A stretch of DNA of 60,629 nucleotides, the filler included, from Basidiobolus meristosporus CBS 931.73 (taxonomy: Eukaryota > Fungi > Basidiobolomycota), in assembly GCA_002104905.1 (NCBI GenBank). It is 3 parts of 3 records of this genome, joined end to end, with 100 filler letters (N's around TTAATTAATTAA, not from the genome) between each part and the next. Parts side by side here need not be neighbours in the genome. Positions count along the whole stretch, not along the records: positions 19,375 to 45,110 come from MCFE01000926.1; positions 45,211 to 60,629 come from MCFE01001148.1; 1 more part is not named here. The stretch is one strand, 5' to 3'. Made by a program: the position numbers and the translations under genes. This document shows positions 34,826 to 45,539 of the stretch, piece after piece. The notes beneath the pieces were generated by a model. The model made no database searches. It saw nothing but the letters and a program-made list of their open reading frames with translations, and was not told where the DNA came from. The first letter of the stretch is position 1; each line of letters starts with the position of its first letter.

Positions 34826-36440
34826 CAGCAAGTAACTAATTTTTATTAGGAAAACTCTAACAAGGTATGCCAGATTTCTCTTGGTCACAAGCCAATTTCT
34901 ACACCATTCAATACAGAATTCACACAAACAAAAGCTAGAATGCACTTATAAGGGGGACAAGAATCCAGCAGGGAGAAGGAATATATTAGACTTGTTCCGT
35001 TGGATAGTGCCACATTGAGCCATGAGCGTCAGATGATGCCATAGTGTGCCAGAGAGGTCAAGTGAGCCTAAACTACGCCACAGAGTATGAAACATAGCTC
35101 TGCATCTTCATGCACAGCAGACCCTGTGTTTCTCTCATTGCGCAGGAGAAAATCCATTTTTTGATGTTTTTGTGGATCAATATAGGTCAAGATGTGTAAG
35201 ATTACAGGTGAACTGAAGACATGCATCTGGTACTCAATACCCATGGCACTCTATATCTGGCTCCTGTCGCTTATAACATGTCACAAAAATGCACACTACT
35301 ATCTTGGTACACTGGTACTATCTGGCATATTAGTGATTTGTATAGGTCTTACTTCAGGGCTTATAATTAAATATAGTGCCAGATAGAACCAGTGGACCAA
35401 GACAGTGCTGTGCATTTTGGTGACATGTTACAAGGTGCAGGAGCTAGATTTAGAGTGCCATGGGTGTTGAGTACCAGATGCATGTCTTCAGTTCTCCTGT
35501 GCTCCTACACATCCTGCACAACATGATCTAAAAAAAAGGTCAAAAAATGGATTTTCTCTAGCACAATAGGTAAAACACAGGAGCTGCTTTACATAAAGAT
35601 GCAGAGCTATGTTTCACACTCTGTGGCCAAATATAGGTTCACTTGGCCTCCCTGGCACACTATGGCATCATTTGGCACTCATGGTTCAATGTGGCACTAT
35701 CCAATGGAACAAGTCTGTGGGATAAACACCAAAAAGTACTTTGCGGACATTCAAGGGGTATTCATGGCAGAAGTGGTGACAACCAAGCATATGTTTGTAA
35801 GTTGTATATATAACCTGCTGAACAAGGTATATGGCAACTTTGCAAGCATCATGCTAAAAAGCCATACAGCCAAAGTGATAGAAGTGTGTCAATTGCAGCA
35901 GGTGTGCATGCTTGTAAAGGTTAGTAGGCAGGAGGCCATAGTATTTTTTAAATCAAGCTCTATATGGAATACCTAAGGGGGTGGTGGGTAGGCAAATAAA
36001 GCGGAGTGATTCTACAGTGGAATACATGAGTTGCGCAAGGGAAGGTAGAAAAAGGAAATACCATTTGGTAAATTGGTATGGTAGCAATATACAGAGCTAG
36101 CTGTAGGCTGTCATATTGCTGTGATAATGTCATGCATTCACAGTCCATCAGGTTTTGTAACTTTACTTGTCAGTAAAGTTAGAAAAATGCATTGTGATAC
36201 CCTCTTTAGATTGTTAAAAGGGTCATTAATTCCAAGTTGCTGGTTTTATGATGTCAGGATCATATAATGGGTTGCTCATAATGCCAGCAGCTGGGAGTTA
36301 TTGACTATCTACATGATCTCATGAGAGGATTGTGATGGCATTTTGCTGAATTCACTGCCAAATGAAGTAAAAACTTAATGATGCTTTAGCAGCCACTTAA
36401 CAAGACTTGTACAACATTCTGCCAGTCAAAATGCCTTCTA
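34826..36440 (+). mobile_element. CACTA Tnp2 C-terminal and terminal fragments hosting MITE 2
   Basis: FADIQGVFMAEVVTTKHMF...VIEVCQLQQVC follows the MITE. Homologous to the copy A and C 3' regions. Confidence 0.7.
34988..35716. mobile_element. Second fold-back MITE copy (729 bp), opposite orientation to 13336-14068
   Basis: Same AGACTTGTTCCGTTGGATAGTGCCAC termini. Spacer and arm-diagnostic bases match copy 1 in reverse complement. TSD not clearly preserved (ATT / GTG). Confidence 0.92.
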
Positions 36441-36935
36441 TAAGTATTTGAGCAAGCCTAACCAGCTGATACAGAATCACCCAGTTGGTTGATAAGATGG
36501 AAGTTTTGGGCACACTACCTATCAATGAGGATGTGATAGCTCACATCCTGAACAGCCTGAGAGGCAAGTCTCAGGGCCTCTCATCAGCTCTAGAGCTCAG
36601 AGCTGAAGACTTAAATTACATATACAAATGGCTCCTGGCTAAAGCATTAAGAAATTCAAGCACCAAAAAGAAGGAAGGTATTGTGTTAATAACAAGTAAA
36701 AGCCAACAAAGAAGGTACACAAGACACCTTATTGTTAATGGCAGCCTTTTTTGCAACCACTGCCAAAGGAAAGGACACACATCCAACAAGTGCCTCAAGA
36801 AGAGATTTAGCTGGCAAAAAAAACCAAATTATGGAGGTGCTGCAACAATTGAAGCTAGACTACTCAAATATGCACTAAATATGCAACAAATAAGAATACC
36901 CAGATGTTGTTTATTGACTCTGGAGCATCTGAACA

Positions 36936-39900
36936 CTCTATGAAAATTCTTCTGATGATTGCATCAATAGGTCATCATAAGTTCTAGGTCCTGTAACTAA
37001 AAGGTATTGATTTAATCAGGATACCATGCAAGGACCAACAACAAAGAATTGCACCTGAAATATCATAAATAACCCAGGCAAGGTGTTTCATCACAATAAC
37101 ACACAACTGCCATATGACTGGTGCTCTGCCAGTTTTCTCTATTTCTGATCCTGGACACCCTATCACCTCCAATGTTTATGAGCATTGAATGGCTTTTGCC
37201 TCTTTTTGATACTCCCTACTTCCTGACTCAATCATTTCTCTTATTTTGCATGCATAGAAATTGATTTATTTCTGCTGAGACTTCAGTTGTACCCCAATTA
37301 CCTATTGTATTGACCAATACAAGTCCCTATACCCTACACTAGGCCCAATCCCACACTCAACAAGTAACTCCATTAAAATCCACCACTCTATAAGTATTCT
37401 TACTGTTATACTCTGTTTCCACAGATTTAGCGGGAGCACTAAGGCTTTGTGCAATTGTTCATTTGTTGATTCACATTGTCCTGATCAAGCTCCTCATTGG
37501 CTAGTCTTTGCAGTATATCCTTACAACATGTAGGTGTGTTTTCTTGAGCACTGCTCTTGAAGAAGTGCTGCAATCATTTGGTATGCCTACAAGTTTTCCA
37601 ATTCCACTGAAGGCATTGTGATAGTCTTTTGAGCTCTTGACATTGTAGCCTTTAGTGCCAGTGGGATATCTACTCTGTGAACAATGGAGGACATGGAGGC
37701 AATATTGGACAAATTACCTTTCTTGCATACTCATCTACATTGCTGGAGTATAGCTAAGCTGGCTGCACTTCCAACTCTTGTAAAAACAGCTGTTTTCTTG
37801 TTGGTAAATCTTTCTGGCTTTGATGGTATTCAGTCTGTTCTGGGCCTACAGTATAGATTGGCAGGAACAGCAGCTTTTTTCTTACGTTTCTCTTTCACTA
37901 GCTTGGGTAGACTTTTCCCCTTTGCCTTTTCCTTAATCCCTGCCAGGTCTTTCACTGCTACTTTGTTGGAGTGCTTCTTGTATTGAGCCACATTTTCTCC
38001 TTGATAAATGTTGATCAGATACATCTGCTTTGGCCTGCTAGTCCCTTGCTGGCACTCTGCTAGCAGCCTGACACTTCTTTACTGCTTGTTTCAAGCTCTC
38101 AGTGCATGCTGTTACAGGCTCCTGAGGTAGCCACTTGCTATTATCACTGCCAAGTCCTTCATTGCTACTTTGACTGAGTTCTTTTTGAAAAGAACTAAGC
38201 TTTTTACTTGCTAAATATTGGGCTGGTGAATCTGTGACTGCCTGCTTTTCCCTTATTGGCATGTTTCCAGCTACCCAGTGCCTCATTGACACTTGTTTGG
38301 AGCTTTCAGCCCTGCATGCAACAGGCTTTACAGTGAGCCACTGGTTTCTAGCTATTGCACCCTTATTCTTTTGCCATTAATAGTTTCTGCTATTCTTGAG
38401 ATACATTCTTAGCATACCAATGCTGGCCCAAACGCTGTTTGAATGTTTGAATCCAGAATAATGCTCATGGAGCAAGTCACATGCATTCTGCTTGGCCTTG
38501 AGTACCTGACAGTCCACTGGTATGCCAGCCTTGAGGTGTAGGAGTGATAGACTTCTAACAGCCACTTGATTATCAGCCCCCTCTTCATCATTGTGCTCAA
38601 TGGAGCCATACATCTTCAATGCTTTTTGATTTTAGGTTTTGGTATAAGCACTACAACTTCCCCTCTCATGCTGTGATAATTTTTATGTGTACTTTATATT
38701 TGGGCACTGCTGTTGTGCCTCAAAGACTGTATTATGTTCCTGTGCTGTTACATTGGGAAATGGCTAAATTCTTGGCTATGGCATTGAGCTACTTGAGTTC
38801 CTTCTTTGCAGCAAAGATACTGCTTTCTCTACATGGGATATTAAATGCTCTGTACCTTTTGTCTGCCCATCCTATTTTGGGTTTATTTCCTTATTTCTCT
38901 AGTCCATTGCATCTGTCCTATCAGCCACTGCACCTAATTGCCTCATTCATGCTTTGGTATTAGCCAACAACATACTGGCTAATACATGTGGTAGTGATGT
39001 TGTGATTGCCACTTGCTGGTCTTCAACAGCAGGTACTGCTTTGCTACATTCTCATTGGCCTTAGCAATATGGTAAGCTTGTGGTTCTGCAGAGAATACCA
39101 ATTGCCTACTTATTTGCAAGCCTAAGGAGCCCATATTACTCCCTTCAGTAGGCACACTGTCAACATGGCCTTTTTGGCTGTAGCCCTGCTGCTTGCACTG
39201 AATGCAGAGCAAGCTGTTGTCCAACCATTCTTCTGCTGCTGTCAGTGGTGGGGTGTGGTTGAGAAACAGACGGCTTTGCTTTATTTTTTGGCAGCATTTA
39301 TATGGAAGTGAGTCAAACCAAAGGGGATATGGTGTTACCTATATGTGTGTATGTGGTGCCACAACTGTTTTTATAGAGCTCAATGGTGGGTAATCATTGA
39401 ATCTTACATTTATGCAGGTGCAATGTCTCAAACACATGATTGTCTTAAATTATCATGAGTATTGACAGAAAAGTGATATAATAGCATTATGTTGCTAAAT
39501 GTAAAACTGTTTGCCCCAAGGATAAGTCTACCTTGATTCAACACTGCAAGAGAAGAGAAAAAAGACCATGTGGCTATTATAGCAAGCCTCTGAGCCATGA
39601 GGCATGCAGAGAGCATTGGAAGTATTACTGGGATCATGGCCAGTGTTTTGCCACACAAACCATATTTGGCCATTCACTAGTCACTACAATGCTAACAATA
39701 TCTTGCCAGACACTGGATACTTCTGTGATTGCATATGGCTGTACTTGTCACCTTGCACAAACTGATTCAGGAGAGTTTGTGACACCTTTAGGCTCATCCC
39801 AGCTATTTGAATATGGCATGTAGAGTGATAGCTTTGAAAAAGCTGGCTTACCAATGAATTGTGAGCCTATCTTCCCTGACAGCAGCACCTTGCATAAGCC

Positions 39901-41448
39901 TGGCAAAATCCCATTTTGCAAATAGGCTACATCCATGGAAAAAAATGGCAAGGACACTTTATGAAGTCCGGTAAGCCAGCAAATCCATCTACTAGTGAAT
40001 GAGGTGATTTTGTGGCTACAGAAGTGGTGCATTTTGACCAATATTAGTAATGGGGGCTTTGAGGGATTACACTATTTGTTGCTAAAATCATCCTGGATGC
40101 AACTTACCTATAACATGGTGTAGGTGGGAAACTGTCATGTGGCTGGCAACCTATGACCCAGGAACTGTCCTGATACCAGCATTTGCTAACAGTTGCATGG
40201 AACTCATATTAGAAAATGCCACTGTTGCAAGGTGTCCAAATTGTCAGGAATCCATTACCATTGGGGAAACATAGTTGACACTCTAGGTATATTCCAGTAA
40301 TACCCTGTCTAAAGAAGCTCAAGCAATCCGATAAGTATTTTGAAGCTATAAAATGAGCTCCAATTAGTATTCATACGCATATGCAACATTACAACTGCAA
40401 GGACTGGATGAGCTAGATATGTATTCATTCAAGTGGCATTCTAAGGCTGTTTCTACCAGGAGTACATTGGAAGCATTGGGAGTCATATGCGTACATTGTA
40501 GGAATATTTATCCAGAAGCAGATCACCAATGCTAACTTGATCCATCTATAGCTTTTGTGTTCAGAGTTTGTGATGGGATTTAATCTCTTGTACTGCAAAC
40601 ATAAAGCTGAGCACATAGATCCCTGCCGCTGGTGAAGCCATTTACTATGCCATCTTGCTTGGTGTGTTGAGAATATTGGACCTTGCTTCACCTTTTGGGA
40701 GCTACCTATGGAGTAGATATGTGGGAGATAGGAAGACAAGTCAAGTTGCAGGTCCTATCATATCCCAATCTCATCAAGAACATTACCTTCAAGTCTGTCA
40801 TGGATGTGATGAGTTAGTACATGGAGGACAGCCATGAAGAGCTGGAAAATACAGAGGACAATTGTGCACATGGAGATACCTATGCCTACGGCATTAAGAA
40901 ACTAAGTAGCCCCAATGCATTGTTAATCAGTTAAGTAATGCAAAGTTGGGCTGGGTACAACAAGCACTGATTTATACTTACAAAGCTCTACCAAGGTATG
41001 CCAGATTTCTCTTGGTTGCAAGCCAATCTCTACACTGTGCAATACAGAGTTCACACAAACAAGAGCCAGAATGTACCTATAAGGAGACTAGAACTCAGTA
41101 GGGAGAAGGAATGTATTGGCTAAATACCAAAAAGCTCAAAACACTGTCAGGTTTTTTACCACATAAGGCAATTGGATGTACTGGCTGATTAGATCCAATA
41201 AATAGTTGTAGGTGCATTAAGACTGCAACAATGCCATGCCACCCTTAGCAAATCACTGTACAAACACTGTAATGTATTATCAACTGTACTTGACTGTAAA
41301 ATTAGCAGAACACCATGGTGATCCTCTCACAAGATTGTGTAGATGGTCATTAATTCAAAGCTGCCGGTATTATGGTGGTCTCCTGACAGGATTTTCACAG
41401 CTAATCTGAGTTGGATATGCCTGCAGGACCAAATAATTTCTCATAGGG
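36936..41448 (+). mobile_element. CACTA element copy B, about 4.5 kb, inserted in the Copia protease
   Basis: Termini CTCTATGAAAA (36936) and TTTCTCATAGGG (41448). AACA is duplicated on both flanks. ORF2 remnant on minus and Tnp2 remnant on plus with an internal deletion. Confidence 0.82.
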
Positions 41449-42373
41449 AACACCATACACACCAAAAAGAACTCTTTAACCTATTTCAAGCAATTCCATT
41501 TAAGAAGGATTTCATGGGTGACATTAGGGCACTTGATGCAGTAGGAGTAGGCATTATCTAAGTAAGCCTTTGAAAAGGTGAAGGAAGCCACACGCCTACT
41601 TTAAAAGAAAAACTCTATGTAAAAGATAATAGACTTGTTCCATCATAACATGCCAGGGTGCGCGGCGCAATCCGCGGTTGCTAAGAACGATTGGGCGCGA
41701 TGTTATAGCTACCAGAAGGCAGGATTGTTCTTGGACGATTTTGCACTATGCGGGACGATCTCGCACACTATGGCACAATCTGACACAATGAGGTTGGCGC
41801 GGATGATTGCGCCAACTCGTAATGCTCGCATCACGTGCGCAATCGGATACCGCTATAATGGCAGGTAAAATCCGGTATTTGGATATGTTTCTTTAATGTA
41901 AATGGAAATAAATGTGTATCACACTATAAACTATACTGATACTTACCATTTTGGTTACCCTCACTCCAATTGGACGGTATCTCAGTGGTTAATTGGTCCA
42001 AAAGTATCCTGAAGCTGGCAGCCCCCAATTGGCTCAATGACTACAGAAAAAGCTACCTGATTTGCCATCAAATATCCCATTTTGCCCATTGAGCAAGTAA
42101 ATCCCTGATCCTAGTGATTGAGCAAGGTGTCATAGCTAGCACGCAAGCGATCGTGTAGGTGCGAAACAGATCCAATAGCTGCACTGGTATTACAGATGAT
42201 GTATATATATGCAGGGTGTTTATTTATAGGGGTTCTGTCTCAAATGTAAGACGACCTTGATATTACTTATATCAAAAATTTGATGATCACTGATTTGCAA
42301 TGGCTTGATTTGGATCGCAAAAAAAAAGGGTTGTCAGGATCATTACGAATGTGAGCGATTCAAAGCAATCGCA

Positions 42374-43630
42374 TCATCTTCTCCTGGGTTTTTTTCTCAC
42401 AGGGATTACTACTGAAGCATTTGGTAGTGACTCACTTTGCACACCTATACTACTTCCTGGCTGACTATCATCTTGGCTACTTGTGTATTCGTAGTCAGTA
42501 TTTTGCCTCCTAGTTGATGAGTGCAATGCTGCAGCTTGGCCGCGCTGAATCGCTCCGACTGAACCAACTGAACCAACTGAACCAGCCTGTAGTGCCACAC
42601 GCTGACGCGTTCTTTTACTTGCCAAGGGCTCCGGTGGTTGAGTCACTTCATGTTGGTCATCATCAGTCAGTTCACCAGAAGTAACTTGCTGATGGTCAGG
42701 CAAAACGGCACGCACAGGCACGCCTTGACGCGTTGAGATGGCCCTTGGCTGAGTTCGATGTGATGCCGCATGTTGACGCGACTCAGTCCGCTCCAATGGA
42801 CTTGTGTCTAAATGAGCAGTTTGGCGAGTTCTGGTAGTTTTGCTCTGAAGCGCGCGCGTTGACTCAATGCGTGTTGACTCGACGCGGGGCGTTCTGGTAA
42901 AGGGTGTTGGCGTACTCTGGACTGACGTGCGCCGGCGTGCTGTGGTTGCAAGAGATGGTAGGGAATCCAGCGAGGCGTGCTGGCGCGATCTGGACGATGT
43001 TGCTCGCGGTCTGTATTCTTCCTCCTGAAGCTCACCATCTGATTCCTCAAGGTATTCACTTACCCTCTGTCTGATACTTTGGAGCTGTTGCCTGGATGAG
43101 TCCTGTGTATATTGCTCTCGGAAGCCACTTAGCTCTACTAATATATCACGTAGTACATTAGTCATTTGAGGCAAAAACTCATTCAAAATCTCTTTGGTTC
43201 CCAAAGTTGAGGCACGAACGGACGCGTCCGGCCCGTACTGTGCAAATTGCGCGCGAAATTGTTCCCACGCGGCTTCCTTGTCAAATCCCCTCACTCTCAG
43301 CTCATTCTTGATTTCAATACTTGTCTTGTTATATATCTTTTTACATACATTGGCTGGCATCTTGATGTAGAACTCATGCCACAGCTTTCTACTCCAATTC
43401 TTCCATCTTTGTCAACTCTCTGAGGTATCTAGTTCTGCTAGATTAATCAGTAGTGCCCAAATATCTGTATGAAGGCTCATCATAGACACTTGGGCCATAC
43501 TAAAATCATTTGGCAAGAACTCAAACGGATCCAACATCGACTTTTCCGGTCCGGACCGCGCTTGTGAGCTGGGGGATGGGTTTTGTCTGGGTTGTACTAA
43601 AGATGAGTTGAGGCTTGGTATGGGGACCAT
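42374..43630 (-). CDS. Harbinger accessory ORF1, unknown function; ORFs 43412..43630 and 42374..43360 are one frame separated by a single TGA
   Basis: 43630-43360 = 270 nt, so both are in the same frame. The junction reads ...DTSES*QRWKNWSRKLWHEFYIKMPANV. The C-terminal half is R/S/T/Q-rich and ends in a basic NLS-like PVRKKPRRR. Its position matches the second gene of PIF/Harbinger elements. Confidence 0.7.
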
Positions 43631-43989
43631 AGCAACGGATTTGGATACTTATACAGCAGTATATTGGCATCAACCTGGTCTTATATGAAATATATATGAA
43701 AACTAATGTGATTGTTGAATTTTCCATATATTATGCATGATGCATCTCGGATTGCGTTGACACGGATAAGATCACATCAATCGCAGATTTCCTTTTTGAT
43801 TATAGACCTATGATTAAAGCATCAATAAAAGTACCAAGGCATTGTTTGCGGATGATTTTTGCGACATAATGATGGGATACATGGCAATTGATGGAGATTT
43901 AACCATAATGTGTAAAAAATCAGATAAATATTGCAGATTGCGCTGAATCGATTCAAACCGCCTCCATACGATCATCCATCAATTTTAAT

Positions 43990-44874
43990 ATGACTTACTC
44001 ATCTGAATGGTCTTTTCTCATCAATCCCATCACTACCACTGGATTTCCTTTTGACACACTGGAGGAGATCTATTCCAAGTACTGTGGACCATCAACCCCA
44101 ATCTACTCAAGGAGATCTCTTGTTAAGCTTCTCTGCTATTACAAGAACTATTGCCCCACAAGGTTTCATCCCACCATCCATGGCAACAAAAGTCCTAGAA
44201 GCTTTCATTCCCAGCTGACAGCAATGGAGAACCACCTTGCAGAGGGTATGAATGACTTAGAGCAAGCTTGGAATACTAGGTTCAGAAGCTCCAATAGACT
44301 TCCATATCCCAGAGTGTTCAGCAACAGGTTCCATATAAGGAGTATTTTGGATACCTTCCCAGTGAGGATTAACAGACCTTCTAGAGGGCAGAGGCACTTT
44401 TATTCTGGCAAGTACAAGGCACACTGTGTGAAGTTTCAAGCACTGTCTGACATTGAGGGTAACATCATCTGGTTTAGTGGGCCATTTGCTGGAAGTAGGC
44501 ATGACAAAGCACTCTGGGTAGAGAATCATCCTGAATTCAGTAGAGGGGAGAAATGTATGGCAGACTTGGCCTATATAGGAGAGGATTGTCAGAGATTAGG
44601 ATGTATTACAGCTTATAGGAAGCCAAGGAATGGTGTGCTTAGCAGGAAGCAGAAGCTCTACAATAAGATATTTAATCATTTCAGAGTAAGGGTAGAGCAC
44701 ACATTTGGATATCTGAAGAGATTCAGCATATTGGCAGGTAAATACAGAGGAAAGTCATATATAGGAGAAAACAGCAGAATAGGTAAAATAGTTAAGATAC
44801 TTATCAATGCACAGTATGTTCATACAAGAAGACATCCACTGAGAGAAATGTGTCTGGAGCATTATGAAGAGTAA
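43990..44874 (+). CDS. DDE transposase, PIF/Harbinger/IS5-like (DDE_Tnp_4-type), 294 aa
   Basis: ILDTFPVRINRP, YSGKYKAHCVK, GPFAGSRHD, MADLAYIG and RVRVEHTFGYLKRF are the catalytic motifs of this family. ORF intact. Confidence 0.93.
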   Translation: MTYSSEWSFLINPITTTGFPFDTLEEIYSKYCGPSTPIYSRRSLVKLLCYYKNYCPTRFHPTIHGNKSPRSFHSQLTAMENHLAEGMNDLEQAWNTRFRSSNRLPYPRVFSNRFHIRSILDTFPVRINRPSRGQRHFYSGKYKAHCVKFQALSDIEGNIIWFSGPFAGSRHDKALWVENHPEFSRGEKCMADLAYIGEDCQRLGCITAYRKPRNGVLSRKQKLYNKIFNHFRVRVEHTFGYLKRFSILAGKYRGKSYIGENSRIGKIVKILINAQYVHTRRHPLREMCLEHYEE

Positions 44875-45110
44875 ATAAAGCAAGGAAAGCACTATTCTGA
44901 GCAACATAAGTAAGATTGAGTAAAATTACCAGTAACTGTATCATACCACTGGTATCATGGTAGAAATTATAGTGCCAGATGGTGCCGTAGAGTGCCAGAT
45001 CGATCCGGCACTATAAACCGGCTGGCACTATGTGGCACTATCCAACGGAACAAGTCTATTGCAAAGAATCTACTGTTGGTAAGCAAGGCAACTGTTGAAG
45101 GTCTCATTTT

Positions 45111-45210
45111 NNNNNNNNNNNNNNNNNNNNNNNNNNNNNNNNNNNNNNNNNNNNTTAATTAATTAANNNNNNNNNNNNNNNNNNNNNNNNNNNNNNNNNN
45201 NNNNNNNNNN
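45111..45210. other. Scaffold gap (44 N + TTAATTAATTAA + 44 N)
   Basis: Directly visible. Confidence 0.97.
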
Positions 45211-45387
45211 GCAGTAAATTGGCTCTTCAACTTCGTCATCGGACAAGTCTTTCCACCGATGAAGGATGGCCTAAAGAATTACTCTTTTCTGCCGTTCGCG
45301 GTGATATGTATTTGCGGCACCTTGTTCGTGATGTTCTTTGTCCCCGAAACCAAAGGTCGGAAGGCATCCGGTGCCCCAGGACAGTAG
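45211..45387 (+). CDS. C-terminal end of an MFS sugar porter (GLUT/SLC2A-like); 5' part lies in the gap
   Basis: Manual translation AVNWLFNFVIGQVFPPMKDGLKNYSFLPFAVICICGTLFVMFFVPETKGRKASGAPGQ* gives TM11-TM12 plus the PETKG signature. CpG-containing. Not in the ORF track. Confidence 0.88.
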   Translation, partial: AVNWLFNFVIGQVFPPMKDGLKNYSFLPFAVICICGTLFVMFFVPETKGRKASGAPGQ

Positions 45388-45539
45388 GCTGACTCTAAAG
45401 CGATTTGTAGTGGCATCTCATACCTGTAATAAAGTCGCATCTGTTTCATTCCATATGGAAATTGCGTTTGTATCCCGAATAATACCCATCGACAAGTACT
45501 TAACCAAGGGGATAAGCTACTATCCCTCCACCTATTCAT

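Larger units (their letters stand above)
41631..45057 (+). mobile_element. PIF/Harbinger-like DNA transposon, 3427 bp, two divergent ORFs, recently inserted
   Basis: Perfect 11-bp TIR AGACTTGTTCC. 3-bp TSD AAT/ATT (one mismatch). Interrupts a Copia reading frame. Intact DDE transposase. CpG retained in non-transposase parts. Confidence 0.92.
36450..45110 (+). mobile_element. Ty1/Copia 5' portion split into three pieces (36450-36935, 41449-41630, 45058-45110) by two DNA transposons
   Basis: FCNHCQRKGHTSNKC knuckle, then IDSGASEH|HTHQKELF continuing across CACTA copy B, then YVKD|IAKNLL continuing across the Harbinger-like element. Confidence 0.85.

Noticed and set aside
2480-41630. Classical ascomycete RIP as the cause of TE decay
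   Set aside because: CpA and TpG are abundant rather than depleted, and long TE ORFs remain open. The missing dinucleotide is CpG.
41631-45057. Fanzor/TnpB or other RNA-guided nuclease cargo in the DNA transposons
   Set aside because: No RuvC-like motifs or terminal CxxC zinc finger recognised in ORF1, the CACTA ORF2 or any listed ORF. A profile search would be needed to exclude it fully.
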